DNA of 64,000 nt from NCBI GenBank assembly GCA_004764695.1, contig SMSO01000014.1, positions 2,041,648-2,105,647 of the forward strand. Reading direction: 5' to 3'. This document shows, piece by piece, positions 44,578-57,577 of this stretch; the stretch's first letter is position 1; each line of letters opens with the position of its first letter. Below the pieces are notes generated by a model. That model saw nothing but the letters and a program-made list of their open reading frames with translations, ran no database searches and was not told the origin of the DNA. This DNA is from Schizochytrium sp. TIO01 (Eukaryota; Protista; Bigyra: Labyrinthulomycetes). Position numbers and translations under genes: made by a program.

Positions 44578-46487
44578 TTCTCAAATCAATTTACTATTGT
44601 CTTGGTAAATTCGTGATTGATAGGTACAGTAGTACTTCTGAAAACAAATAGATTATGACCATAAGACTCCTTGTACTCAGTCTTGAACCAAGGAAGAAGA
44701 TTTAGGAATTGCTTTTTATTGGTATCGTTATTGTCAGTTTCTTGCAACTCACATTAATTCATTAACTGCTGTTTAGGTGTACCATTGGTACCATTCAACC
44801 ATTAATGACTTTTAAAAACTTCCTTAATGACAAGGGGCACAATGACTGTTCAATAAGCAATTACATGTTTGAAATGAAAACATTCAAAGCAAAGAATGCA
44901 TCTGATTGGCCAGGACGTTTTTTTTCGTTTTTCTTTTTCAGTTGTTTTCAATTTTTCTTTTCTTAAATAATAAAAATAAATAAAAATAAATAAAAATACT
45001 TGATTATTATTACTAATATTTCTAATTTTCTTTTTCAATATATATATGACTCGGGTCCTTACCGTAGAAACTAAAAGCAACTGTTATAGAGTCACAGCCG
45101 AACCTGTGCAGGCCTCTTGAATATCCGCACTCAACTGATTTTCTAGCATGAAAATGTCCAGTTGTTCGTTGTTTAAAACTTATAACCTCACGCTAGGATC
45201 TAAAGTAAACCCCACTTTATGGATTTGATGCGCTGAATAGGAAAGATACATAATCATGAACACTATACATTTCAGATCATTAATCTTTTTTTCCTAATTG
45301 CATTTAAATTATAAACTGCGGAGGTTATAGTTGTGGATAGGTTTTGAGTCTGAAGACTATTTAGAACGCTAGTTTCACTTCTCCCATAATCAGTACTTTA
45401 TAAAAAAGAGGCCAAAGTACTTCTTCCTTTTCCTTTATATAACATTAAAAAAATGTTTGTAACAGTGCAGTTTTATTTTATTTTACTTTCAACTTGAATC
45501 AGATCATACTCTGAGTCATCCAGGAGTAGTCCCTCAGTTTCAACGATTCTCATGTTTGGCCCTCTCGCTAAAGCTACCACAATTCCACAACAGAAAGACC
45601 TATTGCTAATTATATTTTAGTATTAAATAAGTATAACCCGTTAGACTATAAAAGTGTGGAAACTCTCACGATACCCCAAAACTCAGCTTACAAACTCTTT
45701 TATCAGCAAATAGCCTAAGGAGCTAATTAGCCCATTTCCAAAACCCGTCATAACGGACGCACCTGTTGAATTCACTCCCAACGCTCAACGCTCGCTCCGG
45801 AGTCAACATTCTAACTCCGTGTATGGTTCTCCTTTGTCTTAAATATTATAAAAGGTACCTTGTCTTCCAAGATAAAAAGGAAATGAATGAGTCCTCTTGA
45901 GCGCCCTCTCCATGGCACGTGCTCATGGAATTCTTCAAGAGACTTACAAGTGAAACCAACGTAGTCGCCGTTGGTGCAAACGGCAGTTGCTGCTAGCTGC
46001 CATACGCTGCACAGTGCAGGCAGCAAGGTTGCTAGCTGTACCTGCGGTAGCTCTCATAGTCAAGTCCGAGGTCAGGTCAGGTCTTTCGCACTGTTCTGGT
46101 AACAGCGCTGTTCTGATCTTGGAACGAGGTGAGGATCTCCATAATATCAGAACTAAGTATGAAGGCACCACTGGAAGGAGGAGCACAAGCGCCGTGTGAA
46201 GTAGCCCCGTATCTTTGGATGAGTAATTATGCGGAAGACGACTGTATCGCTCTTCATGGGAGTGGACAAGGGTAGGGTAAGTAGGTAAGATAAACCACCA
46301 ACTATTGGTGCTGCGGTGTAATGCAGACTACTTATTAGTGCCTACATGCCTAGGTTTGGGGTTAGCTAGCACTCACTACATGCTTAGTGTAATTCATTGC
46401 AGAAGGATGTAATGCGAAGCGTGGAATGGAAGCCAGAACTGTAATACAGACACTGGAGACAGAACTCTGACAAGAACAGCAGCCAGG

Positions 46488-46874
46488 ATGCCTCTCGAAG
46501 ATCGTCAGCACGCTACCTCCGGCGGTTCCTGGGAGGCCATGCTGGGCTACAGCCGCGCAATCCGCGTAGGAAACGTGGTGCACGTGTCTGGCACCACCGC
46601 TGATGGCGCCACTGCTGGTGAGCAGGCTAGCAAGATTTTTGATATTATTGAGAAGGCGCTCAAGGACCTCGACAGCTCACTTGAGCACGTTGTGCGCACC
46701 CGCATGTATGTCACCGACATCGACAACGACTGGGAGGCTATTGGAAAGGTCCATGCTGAACGTGTAGGTGCTGCCAAGCCGGCCTGCACAATGTTGCAGA
46801 TTGCCAAATTCATCGCCCCGGAGGTGAAGGTGGAGATTGAGGTTGAGGCAATCGTGCCCCAGAGTAGCCTCTAA
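46488..46874 (+). CDS. Rid (YjgF/YER057c/UK114) family protein, Rid7-like
   Basis: SGGSWEAMLGYSRAIRVGNVVHVSGTTA, LEHVVRTRMYVTDI, KPACTM, VEIEVEA. Confidence 0.9.
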   Translation: MPLEDRQHATSGGSWEAMLGYSRAIRVGNVVHVSGTTADGATAGEQASKIFDIIEKALKDLDSSLEHVVRTRMYVTDIDNDWEAIGKVHAERVGAAKPACTMLQIAKFIAPEVKVEIEVEAIVPQSSL

Positions 46875-47150
46875 ATATGATGAAGAAGAAAAACAAGGGA
46901 TGCACTGAGATTCTGTGAGCTTTTCCACAACCTTGGTTTGGATTCAACAGGATACATTACTGAATTGCCAGTCTGAAAGTAAAAATGAAAAAAATGATTC
47001 TTCTTGTATTTGTAATTCATTGTATTTCTCGCATGGATAGCTTGCTGAAGATTAACTGTTGAGGGAGCAGTAAAACTTGAAATTTTAAGAAAATAGTGAA
47101 TGTGGAGAGAGAGAGTTTGAAACATAAAAGATTGTAATGATGCATACTGT

Positions 47151-48368
47151 TTACGAGTAGAATTGGAATTCCGTGTCAGACTTTTTAGTGTGAGCCTTGT
47201 AGCCTTCTTCAAAGTCCTTGGGCATGATAACGTAACGGTTGTTACGGACGGCTTGCATACCGGCTTCAAGGCAAATGGCGCTGATTTCGGCAGCAGAGAT
47301 CTTTTCTGGACGGTTGACATAGTCTTCCAGGTCAACATCATCTGACAGGTTCATCTTGCTAGTACAGGCCTGGAAAATGAGACGCTTTTGTCTGCGATCC
47401 GGGTTAGGGAATTCGATCTTACGATCAAGACGACCTGGTCGAAGAAGAGCAGGATCGAGGGTGTCGGCACGGTTGGTGGCCATGATTACCTTAACATCAG
47501 TGGTTTGGTCGAAACCATCCATCTGATTCAAAAGCTCAAGTAGAATACGCTGGACTTCGCGGTCGGCACCGGTCTGACTATCAAAACGCTTAGTACCAAT
47601 GGCGTCGATCTCATCGATAAACACAATGCTGGGGGCATTTTCACGTGCAAGACGGAATACGTCACGGACCATGCGAGGACCTTCACCAAGGTACTTTTGC
47701 ACAAACTCTGAGCCGACCATCTTAATAAAGGTCGCATCAGTAGCACTGGCCACAGCCTTGGCCATCATAGTCTTTCCAGTACCTGGAGGACCGTACAAGA
47801 GAACACCACGAGGGGGGTCGATACCAATTTGCCTGTACAAGTCACCCTGTTGGAGCGGGAGTTCCACAGCTTCGCGAACCTCTTGTTTCTGCTGATCCAT
47901 GCCACCGATATCTTCGTAGCGAACGTCGGGCTTCTCTGTCGCCATCATACTCTGGATGGAGCTGTCAGCTTCAGGCGGGAGTGCCTCGACAACGGCATGG
48001 CTGTGACGGTGCAGTGCCGTGGACGAGTTTGGCTTCAGCTCCTCGCGGTCAAGTGTAGACAAGATCCGCACATAGTAAGTAGATCCAGCGGTACTCGTAA
48101 CAATGCCATGGTGCTCATCAATTAGCTCAATGAACTGTCCAATCACGAGAGGTACGGACTGAATGCGTCGGACCTCCTCCTTGGCACGAAGCATCTCGCG
48201 CTTAAGGTTTTTCATTTCATCCTTAATGTACGACTCCTGGATATCCGTGAACTCCAAAAGCTGCTCGAGCTTCTTCATGCGTTTGTAAAGGTCTTCTTGA
48301 TCCTCCTGTTCATCATGTTTGCCCAAAACACCAACGTTTGAGCGTTGATCTACCTCCATGGCGGCCAT
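47151..48368 (-). CDS. PSMC4: 26S proteasome AAA-ATPase subunit RPT3 (6B)
   Basis: [11 protein letters not shown], Walker [27 protein letters not shown], Walker B FIDEID, SRH region and a C-terminal HbYX motif (FYS). First ATG at 48368. Confidence 0.98.
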   Translation of the reverse strand: MAAMEVDQRSNVGVLGKHDEQEDQEDLYKRMKKLEQLLEFTDIQESYIKDEMKNLKREMLRAKEEVRRIQSVPLVIGQFIELIDEHHGIVTSTAGSTYYVRILSTLDREELKPNSSTALHRHSHAVVEALPPEADSSIQSMMATEKPDVRYEDIGGMDQQKQEVREAVELPLQQGDLYRQIGIDPPRGVLLYGPPGTGKTMMAKAVASATDATFIKMVGSEFVQKYLGEGPRMVRDVFRLARENAPSIVFIDEIDAIGTKRFDSQTGADREVQRILLELLNQMDGFDQTTDVKVIMATNRADTLDPALLRPGRLDRKIEFPNPDRRQKRLIFQACTSKMNLSDDVDLEDYVNRPEKISAAEISAICLEAGMQAVRNNRYVIMPKDFEEGYKAHTKKSDTEFQFYS

Positions 48369-49525
48369 TTTGATTGAACTTTGATGCAAAGGATAATATC
48401 AACTGAAGAAAATCCACCTTTGATCGAATTCTATATACGAACCGAAGAACTCTATTCAACAAAAATTTATCCACTATTGTTTAGTAAACGGTCTCACCAA
48501 GGCCGTACAGAAAACCACGCTAAATGCACAGAGCCTCGTGACGGCAAGCCTAGACGATGTCAACAAAGACACAGCTATCTCGATCTCGCTGGCGAATCCG
48601 TGCTTCGGCTGCGAGGCTCGGACGAGCCGGCACCCAACGGCCGCACGAGAAAATATGGACCTGCGGGGAAGTCCTCCGCAAGCTCCACGCACAACAATCT
48701 CTCTCTCGAAAAGCGACGCGAGGCACCGCAATCGGAGTCTGAGACGTGCCTGGCAACCGCCTCTTTCCTTTGCTTTCTCTTCTTCTTTCTCTTTTCTCTC
48801 TCTTTTCTTCGCTCTCTTTCTCTCGCAGAAGCTTCGCTGCTGTTCCACACGTTCCTTTTCAAATTTAGAACGCCGTTTCAGAAGTTCTGCTCTATTGGGA
48901 ATAGTGCGTCGAGGAAGAAAATCTTGCGATTTAGCAGTGATACGAGGTACTTAATCCTAACTAGTATATAAGGGACAATGGGTTCCAGAGGACCATACAC
49001 GAGAATGATGCTTCATGTTTTATTTCTCCCATTTAAGATATTGGAACATGGGAGATTTGGACGATGCAGAGAATCGCTGGAGTCTGAAAGCAGACACTCT
49101 GGAACTCAGTCGGAAGAAACAAAACAGCAAACATCAAGTAGATTTGATAACTACATCTACCAGTGCATTGAAGGTAAGAAAAAATTTAGAATATAGATAA
49201 AATCTTGTTATCAAAAAGGTTGGTGCCAAGCAAAGCGTGGCAAGAGCGTCATATGTAATGTGTCGTGGAAATCCAGCGTGGAAATGCAGCATCAATATTG
49301 ATAACTTCACATTATAGAATAATAAGCAATCAGAAGTAGACAACTTTCTTTGAGCATGTTCGTAGGCTTTGCCTCTGCAGCGGGTGAAGTCAGACGTCCA
49401 ATGAGTTTAAAAACTGAGAAGCACTATCAATAATCGCATCTTGTTTCAATAAAAAACTTTACACGGTAGAGGCGTCAGGAATGCACTGGGGGTAAAGAAT
49501 AAAATGTTGAATCAATGTCAGCCAT

Positions 49526-52500
49526 TTACAAGGCAGCAGAGCTAGAGTCTGGCAACATGGCTAGGGCGCAGCCACGTGTGTGAAACCAGTGGTCATCATA
49601 GAACTTTGCAAGATTCTCAAGAGTCTCGCGGCTATTCTTTGCGAAATGAGCAGTATCAGCCATAGCGAAGACGTTTGCGTCGACCCATGCAGCAGAATCT
49701 CTTGAAGATGAAGGGTGAATGTCCGCCAAGCAGCGCTTCCATGCATCGAGAATCCAGAATAACCAGTAGGAGTTATTTGCAACAGCCTTGCGGTGCCACT
49801 CGGCCAGCTCGCTATGCACAAGGTCTGCGCCAGCAGAGTTTGGTGCTTCAGTTTCTGTAAGTCCTTCGAGCTCTTTGAACACCAACTCCACAACCTCGTC
49901 AGCCACATTGGAGTCACAGGTAAGGCTGACGAACGCAATTCCAAATGGGGAGAGTGAGTTACGTGAATGCTCCACAGCCACAGAGTAAATGAGCTGGCGC
50001 TCCATGCGCAGCACAGTCAAGAGGCGACGCTGAGCAACCTTGCAAGCACATTTAAGGGCTAGATCTTGGCGAACTTCATCCCGCAAATTATTAAAAGGAA
50101 CTTTAAACCCAAAGAGAATCTGTGCTTTGGCCTCCTCTTGGTGGCTCGAGTGGGATCCAACATGTTGAATCCTGTGCACAATACGATCAGTCGGGAATCC
50201 AAGCTTAACCGGGCGGGGAAGTCCAACCTTAGACCATCGCTTACTCGGAGTTCCTGTACGAGACAAAAGTCCACCGAGGTAATATTCCAGCATGGAATTG
50301 CAACGCTTTTCTCTAATCATGGAAAAATCACCGCAGAAAACAAAAGTGAATTCCTTTGCGGGGTCGCGTGTGAATGCATCAGCGAAAAGATCCTCTACCA
50401 TATGGATTTGAGCTGCTTCAAGTGCCTCGGCAGAGAGAGGACGGAGCAGCGGATCTTCATCGCCAAGCATCAACGCGCGGGTAGCCTCACTAAATTTGTA
50501 CTCGGGGCTTGTGCGAGCTGCTGAGGCATGTACACTTTGCAAGGCTAGTTCCTTATAGCGCTCAAATGAACGATCATCCAGAGCAGCCTGACGCGGCGAC
50601 AACCAAGCCACAATCATTTGTAGTAAAAGTTCAAGCTGCTCAGATGTGCATGATCCGCCTAAACCGCGGTGAAACCAATGATGCTGAAAACGGACGGAGC
50701 ATCGGTGCTCAGTCTCCACTTTGCGTAAGCTAAGTTCATCAAGAGAACCAACGCCACTGCTTTCTACAACGGAGCTCAACAACGAATATGCTGCGTCCTC
50801 TTCTTCAGAAATATCAGCAGAGCCACCAAGGGCAAAGGCTTGGAATGAGATGCGACCTGCATTAGCTTCAGGAAAACTCTTGAGACAAATTCGCAGTCCA
50901 TTACTAAGAACTACAGTTCTTGCTTTGGATAGAGGCATATCCACAACCTCAGCGGGCTGAAAAGAATCCACGTCAACGTCGGGATTCCACCTCTCTCCCA
51001 GAAGAGCACGTCCCAGGTCCTCTGCGCTCTCCAAAGGTGGCTTAAAGTTCCATGCTTGTAAGGTGTCATCATTCTGGGCGATTTCGATAGCGCGGTGGAC
51101 AAAGTCTGCAAGCTCAGATTCTGCAAGAAGCTCTCCAACCTGAGGTCCCTGTAGTACCATGACAGCGTAGTGACCTTCCACGGGTGCACCTTCGACCAAA
51201 GCTTTTAAGGTGCGACTAGCAAAAGTTTCCAAATCTTTGCATGTCATGCCCTGTGCGCTAAGCAAGTCAAGAGCAAAATTGGCCTCGTATGTAGGCCTCG
51301 GCTTAGGTGTGCGTTCGCGAAGAGCCATGTACTGTTCAAGTTCATCACTCAGTTGTGAGACAAGGGAGTCACTAGATTGCGGCTTGAGGCGCTCGAGAAA
51401 AACGCGAGCCCACTTGCGCTTGGCGAACTCGAGCTCCTCCACAGAAACACCAAATTTTAGGAGGCGTACAATCTCGCGCAAGAGCCGTGTGATCAGTGTG
51501 GTCAAAGCGCTGCGCCGAGCGCTGGTATCTTCAAGGTTAATATGGTGAATTTGCGCAGAGAGTGATGTACAAGTTGTTGGCGTGTCATGAAGCGCCATTC
51601 GGGTAGCCACGCCTGCGGTCTTCCATGGCCCGCTACTAGAATCGCTCTTCTTGTGCTCGGAGTCGGTAGGCTCGGCCTCGTGCTCCTCGGGTCGAGCACA
51701 TACCTCTCGGAGGCGAGCTTCGAGCACGCTCGTGAAGACTCGCTTGATGACTTCGTTGGAGAGGAAGAATTCCTCGTCAGCCATCTCTTCGTCCTTCATC
51801 TCTTCATACATTTCCGCTGTGAAGACAGTCTCGAGCAGCTCAGCATCGTCAAGGATCAGTGGCAAAGGACGACGCATTGGGAGTCGATGAGGTTCACGTA
51901 CGGCGAGGGGCAAGCTATCGTCGCGAGGTCCGAAAAGTCCTTTGGTCTCGATCTCTTGAAGAAGTCCGTCGGGACCTCCAAGCGCACCGAGGTTTCCGGC
52001 AACCACAAGGCCAAAGTTTTCCGGCCTATAATGCCGACGATAGAATTGGGCCAGCCCCTCTGCTGTGAGGCTTCGAATGGACTTTACAGTGCCAATCGGA
52101 ATGCGGGACCCCACACGGGGCATTGCACGCTCCCAATAATTCTGCTTAATGCGAGCTCCGGACCCTCTCTTCATGCGGTATTCCTCCAAGATTACCTTGC
52201 GCTCCGCCTCAACATCCGCTTCTGAAAAGCGAATGTGCCGAGCCCACTCGTCGAGCACATGCAGCGCGGATCGCAAAGTGTTGGCATCCTTGGCGGCAGT
52301 CTCGGGATCATTTTCTAAGCCTTCAGATACTGGAACATTTAAGATCCACACAGTCTCTGTGAGACCAGTACGAGCGTTGAGATCTGCTCCAAAGGATGAT
52401 CCAAGAGACGCAATGAACTCGTGGAGCTCCTCGTTTTCGAAGGACCTCGTGCCTCGAAATCCGCAGTGCTCCACGAAATGAGCGGCGCCAACCTCATCAT

Positions 52501-52639
52501 CAGTCTCGTCAAGAGAACCAACACGAACTACAAGCCTCAACAGTACGCTCTTTGCGCCGGGATCATCGACATAAGCGACGCTAGCACCGCCCGAGAGGGC
52601 CGCCGTCGCCATGGCTGACGCCGTCGGGTCCTGCTGCAT
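49526..52639 (-). CDS. M16B zinc metallopeptidase, PqqL-like
   Basis: LVVRVGSLDE....GAAHFVEHCGFRGT (inverted HxxEH zincin), FGADLNART...T, ERKVILEE, R.PIG, FYRRHYRPEN. The second half has LSNGLRI, FALGG and FTFVFCGDF. Confidence 0.9.
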   Translation of the reverse strand: MQQDPTASAMATAALSGGASVAYVDDPGAKSVLLRLVVRVGSLDETDDEVGAAHFVEHCGFRGTRSFENEELHEFIASLGSSFGADLNARTGLTETVWILNVPVSEGLENDPETAAKDANTLRSALHVLDEWARHIRFSEADVEAERKVILEEYRMKRGSGARIKQNYWERAMPRVGSRIPIGTVKSIRSLTAEGLAQFYRRHYRPENFGLVVAGNLGALGGPDGLLQEIETKGLFGPRDDSLPLAVREPHRLPMRRPLPLILDDAELLETVFTAEMYEEMKDEEMADEEFFLSNEVIKRVFTSVLEARLREVCARPEEHEAEPTDSEHKKSDSSSGPWKTAGVATRMALHDTPTTCTSLSAQIHHINLEDTSARRSALTTLITRLLREIVRLLKFGVSVEELEFAKRKWARVFLERLKPQSSDSLVSQLSDELEQYMALRERTPKPRPTYEANFALDLLSAQGMTCKDLETFASRTLKALVEGAPVEGHYAVMVLQGPQVGELLAESELADFVHRAIEIAQNDDTLQAWNFKPPLESAEDLGRALLGERWNPDVDVDSFQPAEVVDMPLSKARTVVLSNGLRICLKSFPEANAGRISFQAFALGGSADISEEEDAAYSLLSSVVESSGVGSLDELSLRKVETEHRCSVRFQHHWFHRGLGGSCTSEQLELLLQMIVAWLSPRQAALDDRSFERYKELALQSVHASAARTSPEYKFSEATRALMLGDEDPLLRPLSAEALEAAQIHMVEDLFADAFTRDPAKEFTFVFCGDFSMIREKRCNSMLEYYLGGLLSRTGTPSKRWSKVGLPRPVKLGFPTDRIVHRIQHVGSHSSHQEEAKAQILFGFKVPFNNLRDEVRQDLALKCACKVAQRRLLTVLRMERQLIYSVAVEHSRNSLSPFGIAFVSLTCDSNVADEVVELVFKELEGLTETEAPNSAGADLVHSELAEWHRKAVANNSYWLFWILDAWKRCLADIHPSSSRDSAAWVDANVFAMADTAHFAKNSRETLENLAKFYDDHWFHTRGCALAMLPDSSSAAL

Positions 52640-55600
52640 GGCTAAGGCAGTGATTGACGCAGAGAAACGTCAGGAACAACGTTCAAAGCGCACAATCAAA
52701 TCAAAGTCCAACCGGACTTACCGGGGGTTGTACTAATCGAGCAGAAAGAACTCCACTCGCTGTCGCAGGACGACCTCGCGCCCGCGCAGCAGATGGCTGG
52801 CTTTGCCGCGCGGAAATGTCCTGCAATGCTTACGCTGCTATAACTCACTTGTGATGATCTATAACTCACTTACAAAAATATATGTATCACTTATGATGAC
52901 CTATACCTCACTTGCAAAAAGCTTGGGAAGTGCTTTTTCTTGGGAACAGGAAATTGATTCTTTTCTGCTCCTATTTCTTGTTTTAGTGCTTCCTTTGCTC
53001 TTAGTTTCTGTGAGTCTGCTTTTCTTTTCATAGTCTACCCTATGAGTATCAGTTAGGGGGCACTAGCATTGCTTTATGAGAAAAAGAAGGTTGGCTGAAA
53101 ATATTCTTTCTTGGTTTTTGTTTTTCTCTGTGGATTGTTGATTCGCTTGGAGTTGCAATGAATTGGATAATACCTACACTGATACTAGATTGTTCATTTG
53201 ACTTTGGAGAGAAGATGTAGGCCTGCTGCCGTGAGATGCTCTCGGCAACGAGCTATTGCTTAAGGTGTCGCGAAGACCTTGCTGGCATCGAACGCCCAGA
53301 AATGAAATTCGAGGGGCCTGGTTACTAGCCACCCAATTTCTACCTTAAGGGAGAAGCAGAATTTTGCTTCAGTGAAAGTCCACTTGTTACCAACTAGACT
53401 ACTCAGCGATAATACGCCATGGTAATTATCTGCATTACGATCGCAATCGTCATTACTATCATGATAATACTCTGCCTACCTCATCGTGGCAAAAACCATT
53501 TTCATTTTCTTGGCATCAAGCAGTAAACCTATAAAACTGATGAAACCAGCAGCATAAAATGAGCTCCAAAAGACCATTGAAATTACAGCAGGTGTAACGT
53601 TGAGTTCTAATTGAAAGTGTTTGATTCATATTGTGTGGAGCTATATATTTCTCATGTCCATAGATGGTGGCCTTCACAAATCTAAGTCAATCGAGACAGC
53701 ATCGCAGGAATCAATGGATGACATTGCGTCACCCTAGTGTATAGGGCTACTTAGTGAATTCCTTAGGAAACCCTGGCACATCGCTTCGTCTCCCAAATGG
53801 GATATCGTGTGCCACTGTAAGCGATAAATGTACCAATGCAGTACTTTCAATCGGGCCGAGCTTCATTGACGAACATAACTTTGGGCAGGTAGGTAGGTAG
53901 GTTAGTAGGTAGGTACCTAGCTACCTACCTAGCACAACATGGAAAGACGCTTGACGAGCTATTTTGCATCATCACATCAAGATGGATTTTAAATTCGAGC
54001 TCAGATGTTCTGGTTTTGTTCGTTATGAGCACGTAGGCGCCTAGCACTGTAGACTAGAAAGCCTTTATAGTGAATGCAAAAAGGGGAAATCTATGCGTAC
54101 TTCCTATCGAATTGGCCATGGAAAATATACGCCATATCTAAGAGCAATCGAATAATTTACGTTGGAAATTGCTACCAAGATCAGTTGCCTTGGCTTTTTT
54201 TAAAGATTGACTACTATTTGGGAATGTCAACACAAATAAAATGTACGGTTGACAAGACTGGGGAGCAGGCAATTTAAGAAGTTGCAATTACCTTTGTCCA
54301 TAAAATCAAAGACTCAAAGCAGCCAAGAGGTTCGAGGGAAATGGCCAATTTTGCAGCCCAAAATAAGGTATGGTGAGGAAACAAACACTGCAGTTCTATT
54401 CTCATGATCAAAGTTTCGGACGGGCTCTTTGACACTATAAATCTTATATTGGAGTTCGATTACTATAGTCGCAATTATGTACACTCATGCTAACTGCAAG
54501 CAGCTTTATACAAACGAGTCCCGTATTACTAATGTCTCAACTCCAAACATTTTTTGAACCTTTCTTTAAGACTCGAGCTAAACTAATCACGTTTGCCCTC
54601 CTTCAAGTATTATAGAATTGCGTTTTGTAGTGATACAGAAGTTCTTCTCATTTGAAAAGGCACAAAACCAAAAAGAATGTTGTGCTAGCACATGTTATCT
54701 TGAGTGGAGTTGCAATGTGTGTCGTCAAACGCAAGTTGAACAGGCTCTATGTCATATCGATACTTCACGATTTAACCCTTGCCCACTGATGAAGAAATTT
54801 ATTCGTCGTCGTCAGGAGCTCTCGTGCTGTTTCAATCTCTTAAATACAGAAATCTCAACCTTCTTCACGCATCGCAGCTGCTCCATTTCACGCCTTGCGT
54901 GGTGTCTCACCTTCGAATCTTCTTCTATAATTCATGGTCTTTATCAGCTTCCCAATTTATGAAGCGACAGCTTGTCTCAACCTCTTCCTCAATTTGTACT
55001 TCTACATCACTGGAAGAAAATCTTCCCCCCTTTCCGAGCAATTCCCTTAAGAGCATAGTGCTATCTGCACAGCCCAAAGTAGAACTTTTGCGGCCCGGGC
55101 CTCTACTACTTCCTGGCTACCACCTCGCCGAAAGCACGGCACGAGCGTGCTACTTTGCTGGCGTGTTCTTCGACTGCTGCTTCTTCTTGAAGTCTCGCTC
55201 ATCATGCAAGATCATTTACATTTGGAAGGAAAGGTAGCCACGGTACCATGTAAGTACTAGAGTAATGCTGGCTAGTTTCAATAAATAGATCCTTAGGAAG
55301 GTAGCCCTAATTCTGCTCGCCGTGGCGCACAACGACTCGAACGAAGTTCACCGCGCGAGAGGCGTTGCGGACTGCAACCATTGGACCTCTTCTTCATCCC
55401 TTGCACAGCAAGTTCCCAGCAGGTCGAGCTTGCCTGTGTCGAGGGCGTACCAAGCGAATTTCCGAGCAGAAAGGGTCGTCGTCATCAGCGCTCCGAGCAT
55501 CTCCACACAGACAAAAGTTCAAGGCCTGGCCTTGGAGCCTTGACCTGCCTGCTTAAGCGAACGAAGTTAAGCCATGTATGTGCGCCTTGAGGAGCAAGCT

Positions 55601-55717
55601 TCGAAGCCATGGTCATGGCTGCATGCTGCCGCAGATTAGCATACCTTTTCGCAAATGGGCAAGTTTGCAAATTTGCAATTTTGCAAACCAGCAAGCCAGC
55701 AGTCACCAGTCAGGAAC

Positions 55718-55761
55718 CCATCGAGGAAGCTATCGACGGAGCCATCGACGGAGCTATCGAC
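55718..55761. repeat. 12-bp tandem repeat C(C/T)ATCGACGGAG, about 3.7 copies
   Basis: ccatcgaggaag ctatcgacggag ccatcgacggag ctatcgac. Confidence 0.85.
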
Positions 55762-56366
55762 CGCTCGCTGCTGCGCCCAGCGATGCGAGGTATCGCGAGT
55801 TCTGGGTGTTTGGATCCTCCACCCTTTGCGCACACGTGGCGATGCCGAGAACCACCGGTTCTTCTCCCCTTGGACCTTTGGAGGGTCCTCTCGCGCGAAG
55901 GACGCAGCTAGACGATCGGCGACTGAGGCTGGCTGCATGTGAAGAAGCGCGCTCGAGCACTCCAGAATATCCCAACTCTCTCGCGCCCGTTGCCGATTCG
56001 AGCGCGCTTTGTATCCTCATTCAAGTTGCTTCATGCGCCATTGAGGTATACAACAAAGAAGCGCCTTGAAATCTATTTTCATTTAATTGAGTTGTTCAGG
56101 TAAAACGTGTCTTCTTCTTCTTCTTCACAATCGTCATTCCCTCACCACCACAAAGTGCTTCGGGCGACTGTTCTGAGCCGCAGAATACAGGCTCCAACGC
56201 AGACTGTCTGTCTCTCGAGGCCAGCTTTAAAGTTGATTCCAGTCAGGACTAAGATCAAGATCGAGATTGGGATTGACCCAACTCAAAGTTTAGCGCTTTT
56301 GGCTTTTTGCAATTCCTCTGTCTATCTTTAAACATGCAACGCTTTTGTAAACCATTTTAATTTTCA

Positions 56367-56438
56367 ATAATAATAATAATAATAATAATAATTTTATTGT
56401 TTTTAATAATGATAACAATAATAGTGATAATAACAATG
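56367..56438. repeat. (AAT)n microsatellite and AT-rich tract
   Basis: Read directly from the sequence. Confidence 0.85.
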
Positions 56439-57577
56439 TTAGATACGTACGTACGACTGATCATGACTCTTAATGTTCCTTTTACGAAACCATTTTTTTA
56501 CTCTGCAAAAGAAAAGAAAGAGAATTAATTGCTTTTATCCCAAGCACTGCTACGCGTGCTTAGGGTTATTCTCTACCAGTCAGTCAGTCAGTCCCCTTCG
56601 TTATTATGAACTCGCTCCTTTCCGCTACCTTAGCTAGCTTGCTTGCTTTCTCTCTCTACATTCTCTCCATTCCCTCTCTCCGCAGACCTTCAGGCAGAGA
56701 AAAGCGCTCTGCTCAGCCGAGGCCTCCGCAAACAAAGATGGGCCGTGCGCGCTCTCGCTACAGAGGCGCGCGCCAGCGGCTCGAACGGACTGCTTTCTCC
56801 CGTTATTGATCCTACTGCTTCTGCCTTTCTTTCTTCTTCACTTGTGCCGTGCTAGTCGCAGTAGTAGTGGTTAGTAGTACGTTTAGAAGGCGTTTCCCAA
56901 AGAAATGCATTTCAAATTGTGTAGTGTAGTGTAGTTCAAGCACAGTTCTCGTTTCCAATTAAACTAAAAAAACTAATCAACCTCAAATCGCTTTTATTTT
57001 ATTTTATTTTATTCCACCTTTTATCATGACGATGAATAAATAAATAATAAAATAATAATAACCAATAATAATAATTATATATATATGTAGAGAGAGAGAA
57101 TCATTTCGATGAAGGATTTTATGTTTTCATCGTTTTATTTTGATCGTTCCCTTCCTTTTTGCTACCTACTCGTAGGCGCAAGTAGCTGGGACCTAAGGGG
57201 AGACTCCCATCGTCATCGCAGGTCCAGGTTTCCCTCGAGCTATTCCAGCCTCGCTCTCGAGACTGTGGCGCTCCGGCGAAGGCCTGCTTACCTGGAAAAA
57301 CTGGCGCAAGTGCAGTCGAGACCTTGGCCTCCTTTTTAGAGGTTCTCGCACCTCCGTTCGACGGCTTCTCCAGCTCGAGTCCTGAGTCTTGATGCTGGAT
57401 CGCGCCGGTTTTAGCGCACTAGAGCTCGCGAGCCTCTGCGCTTGGTCTTATAACACGTAAAAGTACCTTATTTTCTGAAAGATATCGCGGATCACGGTAC
57501 TGCGAATACTAAGAGACTGCGCGGTGCACGTCTCTCAAGGACCACTTATTTTTCCTTCCATTTCACAGTTCAAGTTA

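Noticed and set aside
48381-48971. Cluster of overlapping ORFs upstream of RPT3
   Set aside because: GC-rich promoter-like DNA plus a pyrimidine tract. The ORFs are low complexity with no coherent protein signal.
54779-55237. 152-aa plus-strand ORF and charged minus-strand fragments
   Set aside because: TTG start and no motif; the minus-strand reading has several stops. Too weak to call a gene or pseudogene.
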